DNA from: Nitrospirota bacterium
Lineage (GTDB): Bacteria; Nitrospirota; Nitrospiria; JACQCE01
Direction of reading: 5' to 3'
Assembly (NCBI GenBank): GCA_040755775.1
Contig: JBFMAJ010000001.1
Span: 1 to 40,407, forward strand
Length of the DNA stretch: 40,407 nucleotides
Part shown: in pieces, positions 8,382-17,896 of the stretch
Numbering within the stretch: the stretch's first letter is position 1
How the letters are laid out: each line of letters begins with the position of its first letter
Notes under the pieces: model-generated
Told to the model about the DNA's origin: nothing
Seen by the model: the letters and a program-made list of their open reading frames with translations, nothing else
The model's database searches: none
Position numbers and translations under genes: made by a program

Positions 8382-9443
8382 ATGCGGCTCCTCGTCACCG
8401 GCGGCGCGGGATTTATCGGGAGCAATTTCGTCCGATATATTCTCGATCGGTATCCGCGTTATCACGTCGTCAATCTCGACAAGCTGACCTACGCGGGGAA
8501 CCGGAACAATCTCAAGGACCTGGCTCAGTCGCCGCGCCATCGCTTTATCAAGGGCGACATCTGCGACCGCCCTCTGGTCTTTCGGCTGGCCTCGCGCGTC
8601 GACGCGATCATCAATTTCGCGGCCGAGACGCATGTCGATCGTTCAATTCGCGAGGCGGCGCCGTTTCTGCGCACCAATTTCGAGGGCACCGGGACGCTGC
8701 TGGAGGCGGCCCATCGCCACCGGCACGCCCGCTATCTGCAAATCTCCACGGATGAGGTGTACGGCAGCATCGCGCGCGGCCGGGCCGGCGAGGAGGCGCC
8801 GCTGCGCCCGAGCAATCCGTACGCCGCCTCCAAGGCGGGCGCCGATCTGCTGGTGCTGGCGTATTGGAGCACCCACCGGTTGCCGGCGCTCATTTCGCGT
8901 TGTTGCAACAACTACGGCCCGCACCAATACCCGGAAAAGCTGATCCCGCTGTTCATCACCAACGCGCTGATGGGATTGCCCCTCCCGCTCTACGGCGACG
9001 GCCTGCATCGCCGCGACTGGATCCACGTGCGGGATCACTGCCGCGCCGTGGATCTGCTGCTGCATCACGGGTCGCCGGGAAACGTGTATAATGTAGGCGG
9101 AAGCGGGGAACGGACCAATTTGGCGGTGGCTCGCCGGATTGCCGCCCAGATGCGGTCGTCCTCTCCCATCGAGCACGTGACGGATCGTCCGGGCCATGAC
9201 CGGCGCTACGCCATGCGGGATGGGAAGGCTCGGGCCATCGGTTATCGGCCGGCGGTCTCTTTTGTGGACGGAGTGGCCGAAACCGTCGAATGGTATCGGA
9301 CGCACCGGGCCTGGTGGGAGCGGATTCGGGGCGGCGCGTTCCGGCGCTATTATCGGCGGCAGTATGACCGGTCCGCCGCGCGTTCCGGCCTCAACGGGCG
9401 GGCGCCGGCGAGGCCGAGCGCGGGGGTCAGAAGGGGAGCGTAA
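8382..9443 (+). CDS. rmlB: dTDP-glucose 4,6-dehydratase
   Basis: MRLLVTGGAGFIGSNFVRYIL...NLDKLTYAGN...YAASKAGADLL carries the SDR GxxGxxG motif, the YxxxK motif and the characteristic LDKLTYAGN motif. Confidence 0.9.
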   Translation: MRLLVTGGAGFIGSNFVRYILDRYPRYHVVNLDKLTYAGNRNNLKDLAQSPRHRFIKGDICDRPLVFRLASRVDAIINFAAETHVDRSIREAAPFLRTNFEGTGTLLEAAHRHRHARYLQISTDEVYGSIARGRAGEEAPLRPSNPYAASKAGADLLVLAYWSTHRLPALISRCCNNYGPHQYPEKLIPLFITNALMGLPLPLYGDGLHRRDWIHVRDHCRAVDLLLHHGSPGNVYNVGGSGERTNLAVARRIAAQMRSSSPIEHVTDRPGHDRRYAMRDGKARAIGYRPAVSFVDGVAETVEWYRTHRAWWERIRGGAFRRYYRRQYDRSAARSGLNGRAPARPSAGVRRGA

Positions 9444-10807
9444 TGGCGATTCGGGAAAAACACACACGACAGGCGAACCGCTCACGGAACAGCGCCGAGG
9501 CGCTGCGGAAAAAAATCGAATCGAAGCAGGCCCGGGTCGGCGTGATTGGATTGGGTTACGTGGGGTTGCCCCTGGCCGTCGAGTTCGGCAAGGCCGGGTA
9601 CGCCGTCGTCGGGGTGGACATCGACGCCAAGAAGGTCAAATCGCTCAACGCCGGCCAGTCCTACATCCAGGATGTGCCGTCCAGGGAGGTCGCCGCGCTG
9701 ATCAAAGCGGGCCGCCTGACGGCAACCGACGATTTTCACGTCCTATCGTCGCTCGATACCATTACCATTTGCGTGCCGACGCCGCTGCGAAAGACCAAGG
9801 ATCCCGACATTTCCATGATCATGGAGGCGCTGCAGGAAATCGCGCGCCATCTGCACGCCGGCATGCTGGTTGTGCTCGAAAGCACCACCTATCCGGGAAC
9901 CACGGAGGAAGTGGTCAGGCCCGAGCTGGAGCGGCAGGGCTTGACCGTCGGCAAGGAAATTTTTCTGGCTTTTTCGCCGGAGCGGGTCGATCCCGGCAAC
10001 CCGACGTTTCATACCAAAAACACGCCCAAGATCATCGGCGGCGCCACGCCGGACTGCACCGAATTGGCGGTGGCGCTCTACCGGACGGCGATCGAGACGG
10101 TGATTCCCGTCAGCTCATCCCGGGCGGCCGAAATGGTCAAGCTGCTCGAAAACACCTTCCGCGCCATCAACATCGGGCTGGCGAACGAGGCGGCGATCAT
10201 GTGCGGGCGCCTCGGCATCAACGTGTGGGAGGTGATCGACGCGGCGGCGACCAAACCGTTCGGGTTCATGCCGTTTTATCCCGGGCCGGGCCTGGGCGGG
10301 CACTGCATCCCCATCGATCCGCTCTACCTATCGTGGAAGCTCAAAACGCTCGACTATAACGCCCGGTTCATCCAGTTGGCGAGCGAGATCAACACCCATA
10401 TGCCGCACTACGTCGTCGAAAAGATCGCCGCGGCGCTCAACGAGCGCCGGAAAAGCGTGAACGGCTCGCGCGTCCTGATCCTCGGCGTCAGTTACAAGCG
10501 GGACGTGGAGGATCTGCGGGAATCGCCCGCGCTCGACATCATCCGGCTGCTTCGGCAGCGGGGCGCCTCGGTGGCCTACGCCGATCCGTATAATCCGACG
10601 CTGCGGCTGGGCGAGCACGGCGATGGCGAGCTTCTGCAGTCGGTCTCGCTGCCCGGAGCGCTGGCCGGCCGGGATTGCGCCGTCATCGTGACGGATCATC
10701 GCGCGATCGATTATCAGCAGGTCGTCGACCGCTCGGCGCTGGTTATCGACACCCGAAACGCGACGAAAGCGGTCACGCGCGGCCGGGACAAAATCATCAC
10801 CTTGTGA
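9443..10807 (+). CDS. Nucleotide-sugar 6-dehydrogenase (UDP-GlcNAc/ManNAc dehydrogenase family; WbpA/TviB/WecC-like)
   Basis: 454 aa. ARVGVIGLGYVGLPLAVEF is the NAD-binding motif. GGHCIPIDP carries the catalytic Cys. The ATG overlaps the rmlB stop (TAATG). Confidence 0.85.
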   Translation: MAIREKHTRQANRSRNSAEALRKKIESKQARVGVIGLGYVGLPLAVEFGKAGYAVVGVDIDAKKVKSLNAGQSYIQDVPSREVAALIKAGRLTATDDFHVLSSLDTITICVPTPLRKTKDPDISMIMEALQEIARHLHAGMLVVLESTTYPGTTEEVVRPELERQGLTVGKEIFLAFSPERVDPGNPTFHTKNTPKIIGGATPDCTELAVALYRTAIETVIPVSSSRAAEMVKLLENTFRAINIGLANEAAIMCGRLGINVWEVIDAAATKPFGFMPFYPGPGLGGHCIPIDPLYLSWKLKTLDYNARFIQLASEINTHMPHYVVEKIAAALNERRKSVNGSRVLILGVSYKRDVEDLRESPALDIIRLLRQRGASVAYADPYNPTLRLGEHGDGELLQSVSLPGALAGRDCAVIVTDHRAIDYQQVVDRSALVIDTRNATKAVTRGRDKIITL

Positions 10808-10816
10808 GGGAGCGCC

Positions 10817-11746
10817 ATGTATCTGGTGACGGGCGGAGCGGGATTCATCGGGTCGCACATCGTCGGCGCGTTGGTTGCGCGCGGCGAGCGGGTGCGCGTG
10901 CTCGACAACTTGTCCACCGGCAAGGAGGAATATCTCGCCCCTTACCGGAGCGCCATCGAATTTCATAAGGGCGACATCCGTGACGGGCGCGCCTGCGCCG
11001 AGGCCATGAAGGGCGTCCGCTTCGTGCTGCATCAGGCGGCGCTGCGCTCCGTGCCGCGCTCGGTGGACGATCCGCTGCCGACCGATGAGGTCAACGTCCA
11101 CGGCTCCCTGCTGGTGCTGCAGGCGGCCCGCGCCGCGGGGGTGCGGCGCCTCGTGTACGCGTCGTCATCGTCGGCCTATGGCGACAACCCCGCGCTGCCC
11201 AAGGTGGAGTCGATGACGCCGATGCCGCGCTCCCCGTACGCGGTCAGCAAGCTGACGGCCGAATACTACTGCCGCGTCTACACCCACACGTACGGGCTGT
11301 CGACCGTCTCGCTTCGCTACTTCAACGTCTACGGGCCCCGCCAGGACCCGCGGTCGCAGTACGCGGCCGTGGTTCCCGCGTTCATTCACGCGATCAGAAA
11401 CGACCAACCCGGCGTCATCTACGGCGACGGGGAGCAATCGCGGGATTTCACCTTCATCGAGGACTGCGTGGCGGCAAACTTGTTGGCCTGCACGGCGCCG
11501 GGAGTCGACGGAGAGGTCTTCAACATCGCGTACGGCGCCAAGACGTCGATCAATCAGATCTACGACGCCATTGGCTCACTGCTGGGGCGCCGCCTGCCGG
11601 CCACGTACGAACCGGCGCGGGCCGGCGACGTCCGCCACACGCTCGCCGATTTGACGCGCGCGCGCGAGCGACTGGGGTACCGGCCCGCCACCGACATCTC
11701 GGCGGGATTGGAGCGAACGGTCCGATGGTTCGTCGAGCACGAATGA
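10817..11746 (+). CDS. NAD-dependent nucleotide-sugar epimerase (WbpP/TviC-like SDR)
   Basis: MYLVTGGAGFIGSHIV...YAVSKLTAEYY, 309 aa, directly downstream of the dehydrogenase. This dehydrogenase-plus-epimerase pairing is typical. Confidence 0.8.
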   Translation: MYLVTGGAGFIGSHIVGALVARGERVRVLDNLSTGKEEYLAPYRSAIEFHKGDIRDGRACAEAMKGVRFVLHQAALRSVPRSVDDPLPTDEVNVHGSLLVLQAARAAGVRRLVYASSSSAYGDNPALPKVESMTPMPRSPYAVSKLTAEYYCRVYTHTYGLSTVSLRYFNVYGPRQDPRSQYAAVVPAFIHAIRNDQPGVIYGDGEQSRDFTFIEDCVAANLLACTAPGVDGEVFNIAYGAKTSINQIYDAIGSLLGRRLPATYEPARAGDVRHTLADLTRARERLGYRPATDISAGLERTVRWFVEHE

Positions 11747-12540
11747 GCGTCATGCATTGGGCGAGGCTGGCGCCGCTGCTCTGGCTGATCGGCGCGCCGT
11801 CGGCCGCGGTCCCGTCGATTCCGCCATCGCAACCGGTGCCGCTTCCCGCGACCGAGCGGTTGTCCTATGCGATTCACTGGGTGGGCGTGCCCGTGGGCGA
11901 AAGCACGCTGGCGGTGAAGAAGATGACCGAGATCGAAGGGGATCCGGCCTATCATTTTGCCGCCACCACGGAGTCCTACCACGTGCTTCGCCTCGTCTAC
12001 CCGGTCAATACGCGCGTCGACAGCTACGTGGACGCGGAGCGATTTCTTCCCATCCGCTACCGGATGAGCGGCCGCCAGGGATTCAGCACGCGGGACCGTG
12101 AGCTGATTTTCGATCACGAGCAACATTCGGTCATGTTGAGGGAGGGGCGGAGCCGGACGTATCAAACGGTCAGCGACGTGCAGGATCCGCTGTCGGCGCT
12201 GTACTATTACCGGGTGACGGCGAGCCTTCGGGACGGCGAGATCGTCCGGGTGCCGGTGCACGACCGGAAGCGCCCCAAAGAGATCATCGTCACCGCCGGT
12301 CCGGTGGAGTCGGTCACGACCAAGGCGGGGACGTTCCAGGCGGCGCGCCTGAAGATCTGGCAGGAGCAGGAGGGCCTGTTTCTGCACGATGGCGATATTA
12401 CGCTCTGGATGACGGCCGACGAGCGGCGCTTGCCGGTCCGCATGGAGGCGAAGGTCGCCATCGGCACCGTCACCGCGGAATTGACGGCGTTCGCCCGAGG
12501 CGCGGCGCCGCCGCTCAGCGCGGCCAGCGCGGCGCCATAG
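11743..12540 (+). CDS. DUF3108-like secreted protein
   Basis: ATG at 11743 (ATGA overlap with the epimerase stop) gives the signal-peptide-like MSVMHWARLAPLLWLIGAPSAA. The body (LSYAIHWVGVPVGESTLAV...YHFAATTES) resembles the DUF3108 family. Confidence 0.65.
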   Translation: MSVMHWARLAPLLWLIGAPSAAVPSIPPSQPVPLPATERLSYAIHWVGVPVGESTLAVKKMTEIEGDPAYHFAATTESYHVLRLVYPVNTRVDSYVDAERFLPIRYRMSGRQGFSTRDRELIFDHEQHSVMLREGRSRTYQTVSDVQDPLSALYYYRVTASLRDGEIVRVPVHDRKRPKEIIVTAGPVESVTTKAGTFQAARLKIWQEQEGLFLHDGDITLWMTADERRLPVRMEAKVAIGTVTAELTAFARGAAPPLSAASAAP

Positions 12541-12546
12541 CCTCGA

Positions 12547-13626
12547 TCACCGCATCCGGCTCAGCAAGCCGATTCCCGCCAACAGCAGCACGCCGTTCGC
12601 CAGCCACGCCGCCGCGGGCGGATCCAGCAGGCCTTTCAGGCCTGACGCGACGGCGTAGGCGTGCGCGAGCGCGTAGACGATGCTGATCATGATGGCCGCG
12701 GCGACGTTCTGCGCCACCTGCGGCCCGCGTCCGTAGCGCATGCCCAAGGCGACCCCGATCAACATCAGCAGCGCCGAGGAGGCCGGCACGGCGAGCTTGG
12801 CGTAGTAATTGATCTCATACCGGGCGCTGGCTAGGCCCGACCGGCGGAGTTGGTCGATGTATTGCGCAAGCTGCGGACCGTCCACTTCGTCCGGATCCAG
12901 CACGATGTCGCGAAAGTCCGACGGGTTTTTGTTCAGGTCGACGGGCGTCCGGTGCAGGGCCTCCGTGACGACCGATCGGTCGGGCTGAAATCGCCATCGC
13001 GTGCCCTCCGCGATCCACCACTGCCCCTCCCGGTACTCGATCGAGGCCGCCTCCGTCAACTCTTCGAGCGAAAAATCGGGGGCCAACCGGTAAATGGTGA
13101 CGCCGTGCAGCACCGCCAGCGTCGGATGCACCAACTGGATGTTCATCAGCCGCTGGCGGTCTACTTGGAGCCACACCCGGTTTTGGCCGAAGAGCGCTTT
13201 CTTGGCGCGGGCGGGCAATTGCGAGTCCCTGATCAACTCCGCCTGCCGGGTGGCGACCGGAATGACAGTCCAATTGGCGGCCGCCAGCAGACTGCTGGAC
13301 AGGATGCCGAACAGGACCAGTGGAAGGACGATTCGCCACGGCGCCAGGCCCGCCGTTCGCATGGCGAGCAGTTCGTGCCGCTTGCTCATCAGGCCCAATG
13401 AGAGAATCGCGGCCATCAGCGTGGCAATGGGCACCAGGATCAGGAGCATCTGACCGAAATGGAGGAGCAGATAGGCGGCGAATTTTCCCAGGGGTAGCGG
13501 ATTCGCGGCGTCCCGGCGCAACCGGGTGAAAATATCGATCGCTTCCGTCACGATCGCGAGCGTCAGGAAGATCAGGCTCCAGGCTCGAAGAAATTCGCGG
13601 AGCAGGTACCGGTGCAGCAGCAACAT
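12547..13626 (-). CDS. lptG: LPS export ABC permease, LptG-like (YjgP/YjgQ family)
   Basis: MLLLHRYLLREFLRAWSLIFLTLAIV is the typical N-terminus. Multi-TM profile, 359 aa, second gene of an lptF-lptG-type pair. Confidence 0.75.
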   Translation of the reverse strand: MLLLHRYLLREFLRAWSLIFLTLAIVTEAIDIFTRLRRDAANPLPLGKFAAYLLLHFGQMLLILVPIATLMAAILSLGLMSKRHELLAMRTAGLAPWRIVLPLVLFGILSSSLLAAANWTVIPVATRQAELIRDSQLPARAKKALFGQNRVWLQVDRQRLMNIQLVHPTLAVLHGVTIYRLAPDFSLEELTEAASIEYREGQWWIAEGTRWRFQPDRSVVTEALHRTPVDLNKNPSDFRDIVLDPDEVDGPQLAQYIDQLRRSGLASARYEINYYAKLAVPASSALLMLIGVALGMRYGRGPQVAQNVAAAIMISIVYALAHAYAVASGLKGLLDPPAAAWLANGVLLLAGIGLLSRMR

Positions 13627-13631
13627 GCCCG

Positions 13632-14753
13632 CTAGGCCCGGCTGCGGGGCGCAAACGACCGAGCCAGCAAGCCGGCCGTCAAGACCAGCAGCACGCCGTT
13701 CGGCAGCCAGGCGGCCGCCAGCGGCGGGAGCATCCGAGTCTGCGCCACGGCGTCGGCGGCCGTCATCAGCAGATAGTAGGCCAGCAGCGCGGCCAGGCCA
13801 GCCGCAAACCCGCCGAAGCGGCCTCCGCGCGAGGACACCAGCCCCAGCGGCAGCCCTAAGACGGCCAACAGCAGACAGGCCGCCGGCAGCGCGTGATAGC
13901 CTTCGTACGTGGCCAACCGGCCCAACTCGGCCGGCTGGACGGGGCCACCGGTCCGAAGCTGGTATTTGATGGCCGCAATGTCGCGCTGCTCGGCGAGGGG
14001 CGTGCGGATGAGGTTCGAGAGATCGATCCGTCGCAAATACCGGTCGAAAAAAATCCGCTGATAGGGGCCGCCCGGCTCGGGCTTGCGGTGGAGGCTGCCC
14101 TGCTGCAACGTCAACTCCAGCCGCTGGGTGACCCGGTTGACTTCAATCACGCCGCGGTTGGCCACGGCGAATTGCGGATCGTCCGGATTGCGGTAATCGA
14201 AGACGAAGACGCCGTCGAATTCGGCCGGGCGAGGTGCCGCCTTGACGTAGAGGATCAGGCCGCCCTCCAGCGGCTGGAAGCGCCCTTCCTCAATGACGAT
14301 CGCGGCGTGCTCCTGGCCCAGCAGATTGACGGCAAACTCCCGGAGCGATTCTCCGCTGATCGGTTCGCCGACGTTCAGCAGCACCGACGCCGCCAGCGCG
14401 ACGCCGCCCGCGAACAGCACGACCGGCCGCAACAGGCGCCACGGCGACACCCCCAGCGCCCAGAGCGCGAGCAGTTCCCGATCGCCAGCCAGGCGATTGA
14501 ATGCCGAGGCGGACGCGATCAAGGTGGCGACGGGCAACGCCAGCACGAGCATCAAGGGAAGCAGATAGAGCAGCAGCTTCGCGACCGCTTCCGTGCCCAC
14601 GCCTCGGGCGACGATCCATTCCATCAGGCGCAATCCCTGCTGCATGGTCAAAATAAGCAAAAAGACGCCCAGCGTCAGACCGAACGGCACGGCCAATTCG
14701 GCCAGGATATAGCGGTCCATGCGGCGAAACGGGACGGGCGCGGAGGGAAACAT
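13632..14753 (-). CDS. lptF: LPS export ABC permease, LptF-like (YjgP/YjgQ family)
   Basis: ORF 13632..14825 contains ...RRMDRYILAELAVPFGLTLGVFLLIL. Possible starts are the ATG at 14753 or the ATG at 14720. The start is uncertain. Confidence 0.75.
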   Translation of the reverse strand: MFPSAPVPFRRMDRYILAELAVPFGLTLGVFLLILTMQQGLRLMEWIVARGVGTEAVAKLLLYLLPLMLVLALPVATLIASASAFNRLAGDRELLALWALGVSPWRLLRPVVLFAGGVALAASVLLNVGEPISGESLREFAVNLLGQEHAAIVIEEGRFQPLEGGLILYVKAAPRPAEFDGVFVFDYRNPDDPQFAVANRGVIEVNRVTQRLELTLQQGSLHRKPEPGGPYQRIFFDRYLRRIDLSNLIRTPLAEQRDIAAIKYQLRTGGPVQPAELGRLATYEGYHALPAACLLLAVLGLPLGLVSSRGGRFGGFAAGLAALLAYYLLMTAADAVAQTRMLPPLAAAWLPNGVLLVLTAGLLARSFAPRSRA

Positions 14754-14847
14754 GGGGCCACTATAACGGAATCGCGGCGGCTTGTAAACAACGGCGGGAT
14801 GCGGCGAAAACCGTCGATTTTTCACTGACTTTTCATCGGTCCGTTCC

Positions 14848-14876
14848 TTGACAGCCCCCGGGTCCTATGGTACCGT
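14848..14876 (+). promoter_or_regulatory. Candidate promoter (TTGACA-N17-TACCGT)
   Basis: TTGACA at 14848-14853 and TACCGT at 14871-14876. If real, the ATG at 14867 lies upstream of the transcription start. That favours the ATG at 14918 for the TPR gene. Confidence 0.3.
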
Positions 14877-14917
14877 TTTTCGACGAGGCATTTTCATGTC
14901 GATGCGACAGGCGATCT

Positions 14918-17887
14918 ATGGCCGTTGACCGCAGCACACTCATCCAAAATGCCCAGCGCTTCATGGCGCGCGGCCAGATCGACAAGGCGATCGAGGAATG
15001 GCAAAAGCTCGTCAGCCTGACCCCCCAGGACGGTAATCTCTACAATACGATCGGCGATCTCTATCTCAAGAAGAACGACACGCACCACGCGGTCGAGACG
15101 TTCATGCTCGCCGCCACCGCCTTCGAACGGGCCGGTTTCGCCCTGAAGACGATTGCGGTCTACAAGAAAGTGCTCAAAATCGATCCCTCCCACCTGGAGG
15201 TGAATCTCAAGCTGGCCGATTTGAACGCGGAGCGGGGGCTGACCGGCAACGCCATTGAAGATTACTTGAAGGTCGCCAAGGAGTATGGCCGCCGCGGCAA
15301 GGTGCAGGAGGCCTTGGAGATTTATCGCAAGATCGCCAATTTCGATCCGAACAATACCAATATCCGCCTGAAGCTGGCCGAGCTGAGCCTGAAGGAAAAA
15401 CTGACCGACGAGGCCATCGATGAATACATGAAGGTGGCCAAGAACTACGAGCAGAACGGCCGGGCCGGCGACGCGGCGGCGCTGTACAAGAAGATTCTCG
15501 AGATCAATCCCAAGCATGCCGGCGCCAAGGAGGCGCTCAAGGCGGGCGTGACGCCCGCCACCGTTGAGACGATGCCGACCGTCGCTGAGATCGAACAGGC
15601 GATCGGCGCCGAAGAGTGGGAAATGGCCAAGCGGAAGGTCGGCGTACTCTTGCTGCACGAGCCGACCAACGCCCAGCTTCGTCGGCTGCGCGGCGTCATT
15701 CTGTTGCACAACGGAGAGGCCGGATTGGCGTGGGCCGATTTTCGCGGCCTCGCGGAAGAAGCGGCCCGGTCCGGCCGGCTCGAAGACGCGATCGGACTGG
15801 TGCGGGACTTCCTGGGCCAGGCGCCGAAACAGACGGAGGCCGCTGAAATGGCCGCCAAGCTGCTGGATCAGGCGGGGCGGACGGAGGAGGCGCTGCACGC
15901 CTATGCCGCGTTGATCGATGCAATGGCGGAGGCGGGGTCGGACGCGGCGGATATTCTGGAGCATGTCAAGCGGATGAAAGAGCTCAATCCGGCCGGCGAG
16001 GTGACCCGACGCTATCAGGCCCGATTTGAACCGGACGTTGACGAGCCGCTCTCCGAGCCGGCGCAAACGGCCGTTGGGCCCGACCCGATCGCGGAAGAGA
16101 TGCTCGAGCCCTCGATCTCGGTGTTCAGCGACACCGCCGTCGAGCCGTCGATCTCCATGCACCGCGATGCCGTCGAGGAATCGGCGCCTCCGCCGCTCGC
16201 GGTGAACCCTTCAGAGCAGGCCTTTAGGGCGGGCGCTCACGATGAACCGCCGGCGGAGCAACCGGCAGTCCGAGAGGAGCTGATCGAGGAGCCGGCGCCG
16301 GCCCCGGAACCGACGGCCGTGGAAGCGGCGGCCCGGCTGGAGCCGATCCCCCTCGATCCGGAGCCGCCGGCCGACGTGGAGCCGTCCGTGAAGCCGGCGC
16401 CCAAAGCGCCGCCGGAGCGCTCGGTCAGTCTGCCGCGCCAAGCCAATCTGTCACAAAGCCGCGGCCGGAAAGCCCCGCCGGCCCCCAAAGAACCGTCGGT
16501 CAGCGGGGCTCCCGGCGCCAGCGTATCGCGCAGCCGCAGCGGAGGGACGGGCGCCGCGCCTCAGTCGACACCGGGCGCCAAGCGGCCTCGCTCGCGGGAT
16601 CTTCCCGACTATTTTGCGGAGGCCGAAGTCTATCTCAAGTACGGCCTGGCCTCCAAAGCCATCGAGCAATTCCAGATGATTCTGTCCGTGGACGCCAACA
16701 ACATTGAGGCCCACGGCAGGCTCCGGGAGCTGTATCAGCTTGAGGGGCGGATCGATGAAGCCGTGACCCACAGCGTTCTGCTGGCGAGGCTCTTTTTCGC
16801 TCGAGGGCAGCGCGAGCAGGCCGAGCAGGTGCTGTCGGAGGCGCGGGAATGGAACCCGGCCGACCCCCGGTTGCACGCGGCGCTCGAGGAGCAGAGCTCG
16901 ATCGGCCCCGCGTCCGTCGGCGCGATGCCGGAATCGGCGGAGACGACGCTGGCCCGTCCCAAACAGGATCTGCAGGAGTGGCTTGCGGAAGCCGAATTCT
17001 ACCTTCAGCAGGGGCTGGACGAGCAGGCGCATCAATTGTTCACGATCATCCGGCAGCATTATCCTCAAGCGCCGGAAGTGGTGGCCTATTTTGAAAACCA
17101 TCAAGATCCGCCGCTCGCGGTGAACCCTTCAGAGCAGGCCTTCAGGGCGGGCGCTCGCGGTGAACCGTCGAAGGCCAAACCGGCCGGTGCTCCGCTGGCG
17201 GAAGGATTGGATGACTTAGGCGATCCGCTGAACCAATCGGACGCTCCCGAGGAGAACGATCGATCGTTGAGCCGGAAGCTGGCCGATCTCTTTCCCGGCG
17301 CCTTCAGGGGCGTCGCCGAAGAGAGCGGCGGAGCGAATGACCGGCTGGCGGCGTCGGTCGAGGGCGTGATTCGGGCCATGGAACAGGGCGGCCAGCCTCT
17401 GTCGCCGGACGGCCCGGACCCCCATTACAGCCTTGGCTTGGCCTACAAGGAGATGGGGCTCCACGCCGAGGCGCGCAAGGAGTTCGAGCAGGCAATGCAG
17501 GCGCCCGTCTACCGCGTGGACGCGGCGCTGATGGCGGCGGCCTGTCATCAGGCGGAAGGCCATCCGCGCCAGGCCCTTCAGCAACTGCAAGAGTGCGCGG
17601 GATGGTTGGATGAGCAGGATCCCAAATGGCGCGCGGTCGTGTGCGAGCTGGCCGCGCTCCATGCCGAGGTTGGAGACCTGGACAGCGCCGCGGCGCAGGC
17701 CCGGCGGGTGCTCGCGGTGCAGGCGGATTACGAGCCGGCCGTGGCACTGCTCAAGCGCGTGACCGAACCGCCGAAGGACGAGCCTCGCGCGCCGGACAAG
17801 CCGATCAGCCAGCCGCCGAACGCCGAGCCGCGGCCGGCCGCCGCGCGAATGGGCAAGGACAAACGCTCTCGCATCTCGTACGTGTAG
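14918..17887 (+). CDS. Large TPR-repeat protein with a central Pro/Ala/Glu-rich low-complexity linker (MshN/PrsT-like context)
   Basis: ORF 14867..17887. The N-terminal third has consecutive 34-aa TPR-like units (AIEEWQKLVSLTPQD..., AVETFMLAATAFERAG..., AIEDYLKVAKEYGRRG..., AIDEYMKVAKNYEQNG...). Residues of roughly 400-590 are P/A/E/S-rich. The C-terminal part has further TPR-like helices. Confidence 0.8.
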   Translation: MAVDRSTLIQNAQRFMARGQIDKAIEEWQKLVSLTPQDGNLYNTIGDLYLKKNDTHHAVETFMLAATAFERAGFALKTIAVYKKVLKIDPSHLEVNLKLADLNAERGLTGNAIEDYLKVAKEYGRRGKVQEALEIYRKIANFDPNNTNIRLKLAELSLKEKLTDEAIDEYMKVAKNYEQNGRAGDAAALYKKILEINPKHAGAKEALKAGVTPATVETMPTVAEIEQAIGAEEWEMAKRKVGVLLLHEPTNAQLRRLRGVILLHNGEAGLAWADFRGLAEEAARSGRLEDAIGLVRDFLGQAPKQTEAAEMAAKLLDQAGRTEEALHAYAALIDAMAEAGSDAADILEHVKRMKELNPAGEVTRRYQARFEPDVDEPLSEPAQTAVGPDPIAEEMLEPSISVFSDTAVEPSISMHRDAVEESAPPPLAVNPSEQAFRAGAHDEPPAEQPAVREELIEEPAPAPEPTAVEAAARLEPIPLDPEPPADVEPSVKPAPKAPPERSVSLPRQANLSQSRGRKAPPAPKEPSVSGAPGASVSRSRSGGTGAAPQSTPGAKRPRSRDLPDYFAEAEVYLKYGLASKAIEQFQMILSVDANNIEAHGRLRELYQLEGRIDEAVTHSVLLARLFFARGQREQAEQVLSEAREWNPADPRLHAALEEQSSIGPASVGAMPESAETTLARPKQDLQEWLAEAEFYLQQGLDEQAHQLFTIIRQHYPQAPEVVAYFENHQDPPLAVNPSEQAFRAGARGEPSKAKPAGAPLAEGLDDLGDPLNQSDAPEENDRSLSRKLADLFPGAFRGVAEESGGANDRLAASVEGVIRAMEQGGQPLSPDGPDPHYSLGLAYKEMGLHAEARKEFEQAMQAPVYRVDAALMAAACHQAEGHPRQALQQLQECAGWLDEQDPKWRAVVCELAALHAEVGDLDSAAAQARRVLAVQADYEPAVALLKRVTEPPKDEPRAPDKPISQPPNAEPRPAAARMGKDKRSRISYV
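16190..16238 (+). repeat. 49-bp direct repeat, copy 1 (encodes PPLAVNPSEQAFRAGA)
   Basis: CCGCCGCTCGCGGTGAACCCTTCAGAGCAGGCCTTTAGGGCGGGCGCTC matches 17108-17156 at 48 of 49 positions. Confidence 0.9.
17108..17156 (+). repeat. 49-bp direct repeat, copy 2 (encodes PPLAVNPSEQAFRAGA)
   Basis: Same sequence as 16190-16238 with one T/C difference. Both copies lie inside the TPR gene and in the same reading frame. Confidence 0.9.
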
Positions 17888-17896
17888 GGAGGCGCC

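Noticed and set aside
9196-10359. A 387-aa plus-strand ORF overlapping the rmlB end and the dehydrogenase gene.
   Set aside because: It is an alternative frame with a Gly/Arg/Pro-rich nonsense composition. The 9443..10807 frame has canonical UDP-sugar dehydrogenase motifs.
14894-16162. A 422-aa ORF on the minus strand, opposite the TPR gene.
   Set aside because: It has no motifs, while the plus-strand frame encodes clean 34-residue TPR units. It is a shadow ORF.
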